Source of the DNA: Escherichia coli
GTDB taxonomy: Bacteria; Pseudomonadota; Gammaproteobacteria; Enterobacterales; Enterobacteriaceae
NCBI RefSeq assembly: GCF_024298765.1
Contig: NZ_CP101210.1
DNA: 64,000 bases
Reading direction: 5' to 3' (one strand)
Shown: one piece after another, positions 52,508 through 62,420 of the stretch
Numbering within the stretch: position 1 is the stretch's first letter
How the letters are laid out: every line of letters begins with the position of its first letter
Notes under the pieces: generated by a model
What the model saw: only the letters and a program-made list of their open reading frames with translations
What the model was told of the DNA's origin: nothing
The model's database searches: none
Position numbers and translations under genes: made by a program

Positions 52508-52845
52508 CGCGGGAAATGCAGTTTGTCATGCGGCTTGCCCGGGAGTTCCGGCGGGCAGACTGGCGGCGGATGCTGTCGGAAATGTCGGCCACTGAGCTTG
52601 GTGAGTGGGGCGATTATTTCCGGATGCAGAGCTTCAGTGATGTGTGGATGGATGCGCAGTTTGCCTCGCTGAAGGCATTGATCGTGAGAATGGTGTCCGG
52701 TAGCAGTGATGCTGCGGTGGCTGATTTCAGCCTTTTACCGGAAGAGAACGGGATACCGGAGCGAACGGACGAAGAACTGATGCATCTTGGGGAAGGTATT
52801 TCCGGAGGTGTGCGTTATGGACCAGATAGCCAACCTGGTCATTGA
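52495..52845 (+). CDS. gpT-like portion of a G-T fusion reached by -1 frameshift
   Basis: Frame -1 relative to G is open from the A-AAG site at the end of G through to 52845; G/GT is a conserved arrangement in lambda-like tail modules. Confidence 0.6.
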   Translation, partial: GKVLTREMQFVMRLAREFRRADWRRMLSEMSATELGEWGDYFRMQSFSDVWMDAQFASLKALIVRMVSGSSDAAVADFSLLPEENGIPERTDEELMHLGEGISGGVRYGPDSQPGH

Positions 52846-55800
52846 TTTGGGGATTGATGCGGCAGAGTTTAAAAATGAAATTCCCCGTATCAAAAACCTT
52901 CTGAATGGTGCAGCCAGCGATGCAGAACGGTCTTCTGCCCGTATGCAGCGTTTTATGGAGCGTCAGACTCAGGCCGCCCGGCAGACAATGCAGGCGGCTT
53001 CTTCGGCTGCAACAGCCGCATCCGTCCATGCGCAGACGGTGGAGAAGAGCGCACAGGCTCATGAACGCATGGCCCGCGAGGTGGAGCAAACCCGCCAGCG
53101 TATGGAGGCACTGAGCCAGAAAATGCGCGAGGAACAGGCGCAGGCCATGGCTCTGGCGGAGGCTCAGGATAAAGCGGCTGCCGCGTTTTATCGTCAGATT
53201 GACAGTGTGAAACAGGCCAGTGCGGGGCTGCAGGAATTACAGCGTATTCAGCAGCAGATCCGACAGGCCAGAAACAGTGGCGGGATTGGTCAGCAGGATT
53301 ATCTGGCGCTGATTTCTGAGGTTACGGCGAAAACCCGTGTTCTTACGCAGGCTGAGGCAGAGGCTACCCGACAGAAAGTGGCGTTTATCCGTCAGCTTAA
53401 AGAGCAGGCAACCCGCCAGAATCTTTCTTCTTCTGAGTTGCTTCGTGCTAAGGCTGCCCAGCTGGGGGTAAGCAGTGCTGCAGAAGTGTATATCCGCAAA
53501 ATGGAGCAGGCAGGAAAAGCCACGCATTCGCTGGGTCTGAAAAGTGCAGCGGCCCGCCAGGAGATAGGCGTTCTGATAGGTGAACTGGCTCGCGGCAATT
53601 TAGGTGCGCTGAGGGGATCCGGGATAACGCTGGCTAACCGTGCCGGATGGATAGACACACTGATGTCACCGAAAGGCATGATGCTGGGCGGGGTTATTGG
53701 CGGTATTGCCGCGGCCGTCTATGGTCTGGGTAAAGCCTGGTATGATGGTCAGAAGGAGGGGGAAGAATTTAACCGCCAGTTGTCGCTGACGGGGCATTAT
53801 GCCGGAGTCACTGCCGGGCAGCTGTGGACGCTCAGTCGTGCTATTTCCGGGAATGGTATTACGCAACATGCTGCAGCCGGTGCGCTGGCTCAGGTGGTGG
53901 GGAGTGGTGCATTTCGTGGAAACGATATCGGTATGGTGGCGAGAGCTGCCGCACAGATGGAGCGATCGGTTGGCCAGTCGGTCAGCGATACCATAAATCA
54001 GTTTAAGCGGCTGAAGGATGATCCTGTAAATGCCGCGAAGGCTCTGGACAATGAGCTGCATTTTCTTACTGCCACTCAGCTTGAGCAGATACGCGTCCTT
54101 GGGGAACAGGGGCGGTCCAGTGATGCGGCACGGATAGCCATGTCTGCACTGGCAGAGGAAACCGGTCGGCGTACTGCGGATATTGATAATAACCTCAATG
54201 CGCTGGGCAGTACGCTGAAGTATCTGTCTGATTTATGGAGTAGTTTCTGGGATGCGGCCATGAATATTGGTCGTGAAGACTCGCTGGATGAACAGATTTC
54301 CGCTTTACAGGAGAAAGTGTCGCGGGCGAAAAGACTCCCCTGGACGGCATCATCTTCTCAGGTTGAGTACGATCAGCAGCGTCTTAACGAGCTTCAGGAG
54401 AAAAAACGCCAGAAGGATTTGCAGGATGCAAAAGAGCAGGCAGAGCGCAATTATCAGGAGCAACAGAAACGCCGTAATGCTGAAAATGCTGCACTGAACC
54501 GGATGAATGAAACGGAAGCAGCACGACATCAGCGTGAAATTGCGCGTATTAATGCCATGCAGTACGCCGATCAGGCTGTCAGGGATGCGGCGATACAACG
54601 TGAAAATGAACGTTACGAGAAAGCCCTGGCATCCGGTAAGAAAAAAACACGCGAACCCCGTAATGATGAGGCCACCCGGTTATTGCTGCAGTACAGTCAG
54701 CAACAGGCACAGGTGGAAGGACAGATTGCTGCTGCCAGACAGTCAGCAGGCATTGCCACGGAAAGGATAACAGAAGCGCATAAACAGCTTCTGGCTCTGC
54801 AGCAGCGCATCAGCGACCTGGACGGGAAAAAACTGACGGCAGATGAAAAGAGTGTGCTGGCCCGTAAAGATGAACTGATTCAGGCACTGACGCTGCTGGA
54901 TGTAAAACAGCAGGAGCTTCAGAAACAGACGGCACTCAACGAGCTGAAGAAAAAAACAATTCAGCTGACCAGTCAACTGGCTGAAGAAGAGCGCGCTCAG
55001 CGTCAGCAACATGACCTGGATATCGCCACGGTGGGTATGGGTGATCAGCAGCGGCAGCGATATCAGGTACAACTGAGTCTTCGCCAGAAATACCAGCAAC
55101 AGCTGGAGCAGTTGAGGCGGGATAGTGAGCAGAAAGGAACATATAACACGGATGACTACAGAAAGGCCGAGCAGGCGCTGACGGAGAGCCTGAACCGACA
55201 ACTGAATGAGAATCGCCGTTACTGGCAACAGCTTGAAGTTGTGCAGGGTAACTGGAAAAACGGAGTCCTGCGTGCATTTCAGGATTTTACCGTGGATGCA
55301 GATAATACGGCAGGAACAGCAGAACAGGTGTTCTCGTCAGCCTTCAGCAACATGGGAAATGGCCTGGCAACTTTTGTCACTACCGGCAAACTCAATTTCA
55401 AATCCTTCACCTCTTCTGTGCTGTCAGATATGGCGAAAATCCTGGCGCAGGCAACCATGATGAAATCGATAAAAGGGATTGGCAGTGTACTGGGATTTGA
55501 TCTCAGCAGCCTTTCCCTGAATGCCAATGGGGGGATTTATCAGTCTGCTGATTTGAGTCGTTACAGTGGCACGGTGGTTAACCGTCCGACGTTTTTTGCT
55601 TTTGCAAAAGGCGCGGGTGTGATGGGGGAAGCGGGGCCTGAAGCCATTCTGCCTCTGCGTCGTGGTGCTGACGGTAAGCTGGGGGTTGTGGCGGATATTG
55701 GCGGTTCAGGTATGGCGATGTTTGCCCCGCAGTACAACATCGAGATCAATAACGATGGCACGAACGGGCAGATAGGTCCGGCTGCCCTGAAGGTGGTTTA

Positions 55801-55882
55801 TGACCTTGGGAAAAAAGCGGCAGCGGACTTTATGCAACAGCAGGCCCGTGATGGTGGTCGGTTAAGTGGAGCATATCGGTAA
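52817..55882 (+). CDS. Tail tape measure protein (gpH-like, 1021 aa)
   Basis: Long coiled-coil-rich Ala/Gln/Glu/Arg protein; GGAGGTG RBS; position after G-T. Confidence 0.85.
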   Translation: MDQIANLVIDLGIDAAEFKNEIPRIKNLLNGAASDAERSSARMQRFMERQTQAARQTMQAASSAATAASVHAQTVEKSAQAHERMAREVEQTRQRMEALSQKMREEQAQAMALAEAQDKAAAAFYRQIDSVKQASAGLQELQRIQQQIRQARNSGGIGQQDYLALISEVTAKTRVLTQAEAEATRQKVAFIRQLKEQATRQNLSSSELLRAKAAQLGVSSAAEVYIRKMEQAGKATHSLGLKSAAARQEIGVLIGELARGNLGALRGSGITLANRAGWIDTLMSPKGMMLGGVIGGIAAAVYGLGKAWYDGQKEGEEFNRQLSLTGHYAGVTAGQLWTLSRAISGNGITQHAAAGALAQVVGSGAFRGNDIGMVARAAAQMERSVGQSVSDTINQFKRLKDDPVNAAKALDNELHFLTATQLEQIRVLGEQGRSSDAARIAMSALAEETGRRTADIDNNLNALGSTLKYLSDLWSSFWDAAMNIGREDSLDEQISALQEKVSRAKRLPWTASSSQVEYDQQRLNELQEKKRQKDLQDAKEQAERNYQEQQKRRNAENAALNRMNETEAARHQREIARINAMQYADQAVRDAAIQRENERYEKALASGKKKTREPRNDEATRLLLQYSQQQAQVEGQIAAARQSAGIATERITEAHKQLLALQQRISDLDGKKLTADEKSVLARKDELIQALTLLDVKQQELQKQTALNELKKKTIQLTSQLAEEERAQRQQHDLDIATVGMGDQQRQRYQVQLSLRQKYQQQLEQLRRDSEQKGTYNTDDYRKAEQALTESLNRQLNENRRYWQQLEVVQGNWKNGVLRAFQDFTVDADNTAGTAEQVFSSAFSNMGNGLATFVTTGKLNFKSFTSSVLSDMAKILAQATMMKSIKGIGSVLGFDLSSLSLNANGGIYQSADLSRYSGTVVNRPTFFAFAKGAGVMGEAGPEAILPLRRGADGKLGVVADIGGSGMAMFAPQYNIEINNDGTNGQIGPAALKVVYDLGKKAAADFMQQQARDGGRLSGAYR

Positions 55883-56211
55883 TGGAGACGTTTCACTGGA
55901 AAGTGCGCCCGGATATGAATGTGGTATCAGAGCCGAAAGTGGTGACAGTGAAGCTGGGCGATGGTTATGAACAGCGTCGTGCGGCGGGACTGAATAACCA
56001 GTTGTCGACTTACAGCGTGACGATACGTGTTCGTAAATGTGAACACCCATCTTTAAAAGCCTTTCTGGAACGGCACGGTGGCGTCCGCGCATTTCAGTGG
56101 ACGCCACCTTATGACTGGAAACCGATTAGGGTGGTTTGTCGTAAATGGTCGGCAAGCGTGGGGGCGCTGTGGGTAACCATAACGGCAGATTTTGAACAGG
56201 TCGTGGCATAG
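55882..56211 (+). CDS. Minor tail protein (gpM-like, 109 aa)
   Basis: Length equals lambda gpM; start overlaps the tape-measure stop. Confidence 0.85.
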   Translation: METFHWKVRPDMNVVSEPKVVTVKLGDGYEQRRAAGLNNQLSTYSVTIRVRKCEHPSLKAFLERHGGVRAFQWTPPYDWKPIRVVCRKWSASVGALWVTITADFEQVVA

Positions 56212-56220
56212 GAGGCTCTG

Positions 56221-56919
56221 ATGCAGGATATTCCACAGGAAACACATCATGAGACGACACGCCTCACTCAGTCAGCCCAGGTGGTGCTCTGGGAAATCGA
56301 TCTGACAGAGGTCGGTGGTGAACGTTATTTTTTCTGTAATGAGCAGAACGAAAAAGGTGAGCCGGTTACCTGGCAGGGGCGGCAGTATCAGGCATACCCC
56401 ATTCAGGGGACGGGATTTGAACTGAATGGCAAGGGCAGTGCTGCCCGTCCGACACTGACGGTTTCTAACCTGCACGGCATGGTCACCGGGATGGCGGAAG
56501 ACCTGCAGAGTCTGGTCGGCGGAACGGTGGTCAGGCGTAAGGTTTACGCCCGTTTTCTGGATGCGGTGAACTTCGTCAACGGAAACAGCGACGCCGATCC
56601 GGAGCAGGAGGTGATCAGCCGCTGGCGCATCGAGCAGTGCAGCGAACTGAGTGCGGTCAGTGCCTCCTTTGTACTGTCCACACCGACGGAAACGGATGGT
56701 GCCGTTTTTCCGGGGCGCATCATGCTGGCTAATACCTGCACCTGGACCTATCGCGGTGATGAGTGCGGTTATCACGGTCCGGCTGTCGCGGATGAATATG
56801 ATCAGCCGACGTCCGATATCACGAAGGATAAATGCAGCAAATGCCTGAATGGCTGTAAGTTTCGCAATAACGTCGGCAACTTTGGCGGCTTCCTTTCCAT
56901 TAACAAACTTTCGCAGTGA
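56221..56919 (+). CDS. Minor tail protein (gpL-like, 232 aa)
   Basis: Length equals lambda gpL; C-terminal Cys cluster (CSKCLNGCKF). Confidence 0.85.
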   Translation: MQDIPQETHHETTRLTQSAQVVLWEIDLTEVGGERYFFCNEQNEKGEPVTWQGRQYQAYPIQGTGFELNGKGSAARPTLTVSNLHGMVTGMAEDLQSLVGGTVVRRKVYARFLDAVNFVNGNSDADPEQEVISRWRIEQCSELSAVSASFVLSTPTETDGAVFPGRIMLANTCTWTYRGDECGYHGPAVADEYDQPTSDITKDKCSKCLNGCKFRNNVGNFGGFLSINKLSQ

Positions 56920-56924
56920 ATCCC

Positions 56925-57668
56925 ATGACAGAGACAGAATCAGCGATTCTGGCGCACGCCCGGCGATGTGCGCCAGCGGAGTCGTGCGGCTTCGTGGTGA
57001 GAACGCCGGAAGGGGAAAGATATTTTCCCTGCGTGAATATCTCCGGTGAGCCGGAGGCGTATTTCCGGATGTCGCCGGAGGACTGGCTGCGGGCAGAGAT
57101 GCAGGGTGAGATTGTGGCGCTGGTCCACAGCCACCCCGGTGGTCTGCCCTGGCTGAGTGAGGCCGACCGGCGGCTGCAGGTGCAGAGTGATTTGCCGTGG
57201 TGGCTGGTCTGCCGTGGGGAGATTCATAAATTCCGCTGTGTGCCGTATCTCACCGGGCGGCGCTTTGAGCACGGGGTGACGGACTGTTACACGCTGTTCC
57301 GGGATGCTTACCATCTGGCGGGGATTGAGATGCCGGATTTTCATCGCGAGGATGACTGGTGGCGTCACGGTCAGAATCTCTATCTGGATAATCTGGAGGC
57401 CACAGGGCTGTATCAGGTGCCGTTGTCAGCGGCGCAGCCGGGCGATGTGCTGCTGTGCTGTTTTGGTTCATCGGTGCCGAATCATGCCGCCATTTACTGT
57501 GGTGACGGCGAGCTGCTGCACCATATTCCTGAACAACTGAGCAAACGAGAGAGGTATACCGACAAATGGCAGCGACGCACACACTCCCTCTGGCGTCACC
57601 GGGCATGGCACGCATCTGCCTTTACGGGGATTTACAACGATTTGGCTGCCGCATCGACCTTCGTGTAA
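56925..57668 (+). CDS. Tail assembly protein (gpK-like, MPN/JAB plus NlpC/P60 domains)
   Basis: HSHP motif (JAB-like) and a Cys/His region typical of NlpC/P60. Confidence 0.8.
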   Translation: MTETESAILAHARRCAPAESCGFVVRTPEGERYFPCVNISGEPEAYFRMSPEDWLRAEMQGEIVALVHSHPGGLPWLSEADRRLQVQSDLPWWLVCRGEIHKFRCVPYLTGRRFEHGVTDCYTLFRDAYHLAGIEMPDFHREDDWWRHGQNLYLDNLEATGLYQVPLSAAQPGDVLLCCFGSSVPNHAAIYCGDGELLHHIPEQLSKRERYTDKWQRRTHSLWRHRAWHASAFTGIYNDLAAASTFV

Positions 57669-58213
57669 AAACGGGGGCTGAAGCCATCCGGGCGTTGTCC
57701 ACACAGCTCCCGGCGTTTCGTCAGAAACTGAATGACGGCTGGTATCAGGTGCGCATTGCTGGGCGTGATGCAGGTGAAACCGAATTATCTGCCCGTCTTA
57801 ATGAGCCGCTGGCAAATGGTGCCGTGATCCACATCGTGCCGCGTCTGGCGGGAGCTAAAAGTGGCGGTGTGTTTCAGGTGGTGCTGGGGGCGGCGCTGAT
57901 TGCTGTGGCATGGTGGAACCCTGTGGGCTGGCTGGGTGCCGCGGCTGTATCGGGCATGTATGCGGCAGGGGCCAGTATGATCCTGGGTGGTGTGGCCCAG
58001 ATGCTGGCACCGAAAGCCCGGACGCCCACAGCGACCAGCACGGATAACGGTAAGCAGAACACCTATTTTTCATCACTGGATAACATGGTTGCCCAGGGCA
58101 ATGTTCTGCCTGTTCTGTACGGTGAAATGCGTGTGGGGTCTCGTGTGGTTTCTCAGGAGATCAGCACGGCAGATGAAGGGGACGGTGGTCAGGTTGTGGT
58201 GATTGGCCGCTGA
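57566..58213 (+). CDS. Tail assembly protein (gpI-like, 215 aa)
   Basis: ...GAKSGGVFQVVLGAALIAV...NGKQNTYFSSLDNMVAQGNVLPVLYGEMRVGSRVVSQEI resembles recalled lambda gpI; overlaps the 3' end of K. Confidence 0.8.
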   Translation: MAATHTLPLASPGMARICLYGDLQRFGCRIDLRVKTGAEAIRALSTQLPAFRQKLNDGWYQVRIAGRDAGETELSARLNEPLANGAVIHIVPRLAGAKSGGVFQVVLGAALIAVAWWNPVGWLGAAAVSGMYAAGASMILGGVAQMLAPKARTPTATSTDNGKQNTYFSSLDNMVAQGNVLPVLYGEMRVGSRVVSQEISTADEGDGGQVVVIGR

Positions 58214-58273
58214 TGCAAAATGTTTTATGTGAAACCGCCTCCGGGCGGTTTTGTCGTTTATGGAGCATGACGA

Positions 58274-61200
58274 ATGGGCAAAGGCAGCAGTAAGGGGCAT
58301 ACCCCGCGCGAAGCGAAGGACAACCTGAAATCCACGCAGTTACTGAGTGTGATCGATGCCATCAGCGAAGGGCCGATTGAAGGTCCGGTGGATGGATTAA
58401 AAAGCGTGCTGCTGAACAGTACACCGGTGCTGGACAGTGAGGGGAATACCAACATCGCCGGTGTCACGGTGGTGTTCCGGGCAGGTGAACAGGAGCAGAC
58501 ACCGCCGGAGGGATTTGAATCCTCCGGATCCGAGACGGTGCTGGGTACGGAAGTGAAATACGACACGCCGATCACCCGGACCATCACGTCTGCAAACATC
58601 GACCGTCTGCGCTTTACCTTCGGTGTGCAGGCACTGGTGGAAACCACCTCAAAGGGGGACCGGAATCCATCGGAAGTCCGCCTGCTGGTTCAGATACAAC
58701 GTAACGGTGGCTGGGTGACGGAAAAAGACATCACCATTAAGGGCAAAACCACCTCGCAGTATCTGGCCTCGGTGGTGGTGGGTAACCTGCCGCCGCGCCC
58801 GTTTAATATCCGGATGCGCAGGATGACGCCGGACAGCACCACAGACCAGCTGCAGAACAAAACGCTCTGGTCGTCATACACCGAAATCATCGATGTGAAA
58901 CAGTGCTACCCGAACACGGCACTGGTCGGCGTGCAGGTGGACTCGGAGCAGTTCGGCAGCCAGCAGGTGAGCCGTAATTATCATCTTCGCGGACGCATTC
59001 TGCAGGTGCCGTCGAACTATAACCCGCAGACGCGGCAATACAGCGGTATCTGGGACGGAACGTTTAAGCCAGCATACAGCAACAACATGGCCTGGTGTCT
59101 GTGGGATATGCTGACCCATCCGCGCTACGGCATGGGGAAACGTCTTGGTGCGGCGGATGTGGACAAATGGGCGCTGTATGTCATCGGCCAGCATTGCGAG
59201 CAGTCGGTGCCGGACGGTTTTGGCGGCACGGAGCCGCGCATCACCTGTAATGCGTACCTGACCACACAGCGTAAGGCGTGGGATGTTCTCAGTGATTTCT
59301 GCTCGGCGATGCGCTGTATGCCGGTATGGAACGGGCAGACGCTGACGTTCGTGCAGGACCGACCGTCGGATAAGGTGTGGACCTATAACCGCAGTAATGT
59401 GGTGATGCCGGATGATGGCGCGCCGTTCCGCTACAGCTTCAGCGCCCTCAAGGACCGCCATAATGCCGTTGAGGTGAACTGGATTGACCCGAATAACGGC
59501 TGGGAGACGGCGACAGAGCTTGTGGAGGACACGCAGGCCATTGCCCGTTACGGTCGTAACGTCACGAAGATGGATGCTTTTGGCTGTACCAGCCGGGGGC
59601 AGGCACACCGCGCCGGGCTGTGGCTGATTAAAACGGAGCTGCTGGAAACGCAGACCGTGGACTTCAGCGTGGGCGCAGAAGGGCTTCGCCATGTACCGGG
59701 CGATGTCATTGAAATCTGCGATGATGACTATGCGGGCATCAGCATCGGCGGGCGCGTGCTGGCGGTGAACAGCCAGACGCGGACACTGACGCTCGACCGT
59801 GAAATCACGCTGCCATCCTCCGGTACCACGCTGATAAGCCTGGTTGACGGAAGTGGCAATCCGGTCAGCGTGGAGGTCCAGTCCGTCACCGACGGCGTGA
59901 AGGTAAAAGTGAGCCGTGTTCCTGACGGCGTTGCCGGATACAGCGTGTGGGGGCTGAAGCTGCCGACGCTGCGCCAGCGCCTGTTCCGCTGCGTGAGTAT
60001 CCGTGAGAACGACGACGGCACGTATGCCATCACCGCCGTGCAGCATGTACCGGAAAAAGAAGCCATCGTGGATAACGGGGCGCACTTTGACGGCGACCAG
60101 AGCGGCACGGTGAACGGGGTCACGCCGCCAGCGGTGCAGCACCTGACCGCAGAAGTCACCGCAGACAGCGGGGAATATCAGGTGCTGGCGCGCTGGGACA
60201 CGCCGAAGGTGGTGAAGGGGGTGAGTTTTATGCTTCGCCTGACCGTGGCCGCGGATGACGGCAGTGAGCGGCTGGTCAGCACGGCCCGGACGACGGAAAC
60301 CACATACCGCTTCACGCAACTGGCGCTGGGGAACTACAGGCTGACAGTCCGGGCGGTAAATGCGTGGGGACAGCAGGGCGATCCGGCATCGGTATCGTTC
60401 CGGATTGCCGCACCGGCAGCGCCGTCACAGATTGAGCTGACGCCGGGCTATTTTCAGATAACTGCCACGCCGCATCTTGCGGTTTATGATCCGACGGTAC
60501 AGTTTGAGTTCTGGTTCTCGGAAACGCGGATTACCGATATCAGGCAGGTTGAAACCACAGCCCGCTACCTTGGCACGGGGCTGTACTGGATAGCCGCCAG
60601 TATCAATATCAAACCGGGCCATGATTATTACTTTTATATCCGCAGTGTGAACACCGTTGGCAAATCGGCATTCGTGGAGGCCGTCGGTCGGGCGAGCGAT
60701 GATGCGGAAGGTTACCTGGATTTTTTCAAAGGCAAGATAACCGAATCCCATCTCGGCAAGGAGCTGCTGGAAAAAGTCGAGCTGACGGAGGATAACGCCA
60801 GCAAACTGGAGGAGTTTTCGAAAGAGTGGCAGGACGCTAACGATAAGTGGAATGCCATGTGGGGCGTCAAAATTGAGCAGACCAAAGACGGCAAACATTA
60901 TGTCGCGGGTATTGGCCTCAGCATGGAGGACACGGAAGAAGGCAAGCTGAGCCAGTTTCTGGTTGCCGCTAACCGTATCGCGTTTATTGACCCGGCAAAC
61001 GGGAATGAAACGCCGATGTTTGTGGCGCAGGGCAATCAGATATTTATGAACGACGTGTTCCTGAAGCGCCTGACGGCCCCGACCATTACCAGTGGTGGAA
61101 ATCCACCGGCATTTTCCCTGACGTCAGACGGAAAGCTGACCGCTAAAAATGCGGATATCAGTGGCAGTGTGAATGCGAACGCCGGGACGCTCAACAATGT

Positions 61201-61687
61201 CACGGTAAATGAAAACTGTACGATTAAGGGCATGCTGGAGGCGACTCAGGTCAGAGGTGACTTCGTTAAAGCTGTATCCAAATCATTCCCGAAACAGGCT
61301 GGTACGTGGGGTAATACGGAAACACCAAACGGGACGGTTACAGTCACCATCAGCGATGATCATAACTTTGACCGTCAAATCATTATTCCGCCCATTATCT
61401 TTAACGGAATAGCGTATAGCGATCCGGGAAGTGGTAATAACCCGGGAGGTACAAGATACACGGGTTATGGTTTTGAAGTTCGCAAAAACGGTGTATTAAT
61501 CGCATCCAGAGAAACTAAAGGGGCCATTCCCGGTAGCTACAGTGCGGTTATTGATATGCCGAGTGGCAGGGGAAGCGTCACTCTGGAGTTTAAGGTTTTC
61601 CATAAAGGCAATCAGTGGGCAGGTAATATCACCGACTGTACGGTGATTGTGACCAAAAAAGCCGCTTCCGGCATCAGTATTCGTTGA
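58274..61687 (+). CDS. Central tail fibre / host-specificity protein (gpJ-like, 1137 aa)
   Basis: Size and N-terminus ([26 protein letters not shown]...) match recalled lambda gpJ. Confidence 0.9.
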   Translation: MGKGSSKGHTPREAKDNLKSTQLLSVIDAISEGPIEGPVDGLKSVLLNSTPVLDSEGNTNIAGVTVVFRAGEQEQTPPEGFESSGSETVLGTEVKYDTPITRTITSANIDRLRFTFGVQALVETTSKGDRNPSEVRLLVQIQRNGGWVTEKDITIKGKTTSQYLASVVVGNLPPRPFNIRMRRMTPDSTTDQLQNKTLWSSYTEIIDVKQCYPNTALVGVQVDSEQFGSQQVSRNYHLRGRILQVPSNYNPQTRQYSGIWDGTFKPAYSNNMAWCLWDMLTHPRYGMGKRLGAADVDKWALYVIGQHCEQSVPDGFGGTEPRITCNAYLTTQRKAWDVLSDFCSAMRCMPVWNGQTLTFVQDRPSDKVWTYNRSNVVMPDDGAPFRYSFSALKDRHNAVEVNWIDPNNGWETATELVEDTQAIARYGRNVTKMDAFGCTSRGQAHRAGLWLIKTELLETQTVDFSVGAEGLRHVPGDVIEICDDDYAGISIGGRVLAVNSQTRTLTLDREITLPSSGTTLISLVDGSGNPVSVEVQSVTDGVKVKVSRVPDGVAGYSVWGLKLPTLRQRLFRCVSIRENDDGTYAITAVQHVPEKEAIVDNGAHFDGDQSGTVNGVTPPAVQHLTAEVTADSGEYQVLARWDTPKVVKGVSFMLRLTVAADDGSERLVSTARTTETTYRFTQLALGNYRLTVRAVNAWGQQGDPASVSFRIAAPAAPSQIELTPGYFQITATPHLAVYDPTVQFEFWFSETRITDIRQVETTARYLGTGLYWIAASINIKPGHDYYFYIRSVNTVGKSAFVEAVGRASDDAEGYLDFFKGKITESHLGKELLEKVELTEDNASKLEEFSKEWQDANDKWNAMWGVKIEQTKDGKHYVAGIGLSMEDTEEGKLSQFLVAANRIAFIDPANGNETPMFVAQGNQIFMNDVFLKRLTAPTITSGGNPPAFSLTSDGKLTAKNADISGSVNANAGTLNNVTVNENCTIKGMLEATQVRGDFVKAVSKSFPKQAGTWGNTETPNGTVTVTISDDHNFDRQIIIPPIIFNGIAYSDPGSGNNPGGTRYTGYGFEVRKNGVLIASRETKGAIPGSYSAVIDMPSGRGSVTLEFKVFHKGNQWAGNITDCTVIVTKKAASGISIR

Positions 61688-61756
61688 AATTGTTATAACC
61701 CATATAAGGGCACCAGAAATGGTGCCTTTTTTATTGCAGAAAAGCGAGAGGTAATT

Positions 61757-62356
61757 ATGCGTAAAGTTTGTGCAGCAATTTTGTCCGCAGCCATTTGTCT
61801 GGCCGTATCCGGTGCGCCTGCATGGGCATCTGAACATCAGTCCACGCTGAGCGCGGGGTATCTTCATGCCTCGACCAACGTTCCCGGCAGCGATGATCTG
61901 AACGGGATTAACGTGAAATACCGTTATGAGTTTACGGATACGCTGGGGATGGTGACGTCATTCAGCTATGCAGGAGACAAGAATCGCCAGCTGACCCGTT
62001 ACAGCGATACCCGCTGGCATGAAGATTCTGTGCGTAACCGCTGGTTCAGCGTGATGGCGGGGCCCTCTGTGCGCGTGAATGAATGGTTCAGTGCGTATGC
62101 GATGGCGGGCGTGGCTTACAGCCGTGTGTCGACTTTTTCCGGGGATTATCTCCGCGTAACTGACAACAAGGGGAAAACGCATGATGTGCTGACCGGAAGT
62201 GATGACGGTCGCCACAGCAACACGTCTCTGGCGTGGTGGGCTGGCGTGCAGTTTAACCCGACCGAATCCGTGGCCATTGATATTGCTTATGAAGGTTCCG
62301 GCAGTGGTGACTGGCGCACTGATGGTTTCATCGTGGGTGTCGGTTATAAGTTCTGA
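61757..62356 (+). CDS. lom: Lom/Ail-family outer-membrane beta-barrel protein (199 aa)
   Basis: Signal peptide, alternating beta-strand pattern, C-terminal ...GVGYKF; position after J. Confidence 0.85.
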   Translation: MRKVCAAILSAAICLAVSGAPAWASEHQSTLSAGYLHASTNVPGSDDLNGINVKYRYEFTDTLGMVTSFSYAGDKNRQLTRYSDTRWHEDSVRNRWFSVMAGPSVRVNEWFSAYAMAGVAYSRVSTFSGDYLRVTDNKGKTHDVLTGSDDGRHSNTSLAWWAGVQFNPTESVAIDIAYEGSGSGDWRTDGFIVGVGYKF

Positions 62357-62382
62357 TTAGCCAGGTAACACAGTGTTATGAC

Positions 62383-62410
62383 AGCCCGCCGTTTCAGGCG
62401 GGCTTTTTTG
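62383..62410 (+). terminator. Rho-independent terminator after lom
   Basis: AGCCCGCC-gtttca-GGCGGGCT hairpin followed by TTTTTTG. Confidence 0.6.
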
Positions 62411-62420
62411 TGGGGTGAAT

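Noticed and set aside
58874-60319. 481-aa minus-strand ORF antisense to the gpJ-like gene
   Set aside because: Entirely antisense to a well-supported 1137-aa tail-fibre gene; Arg/His-rich composition typical of an open antisense frame in GC-rich coding DNA.
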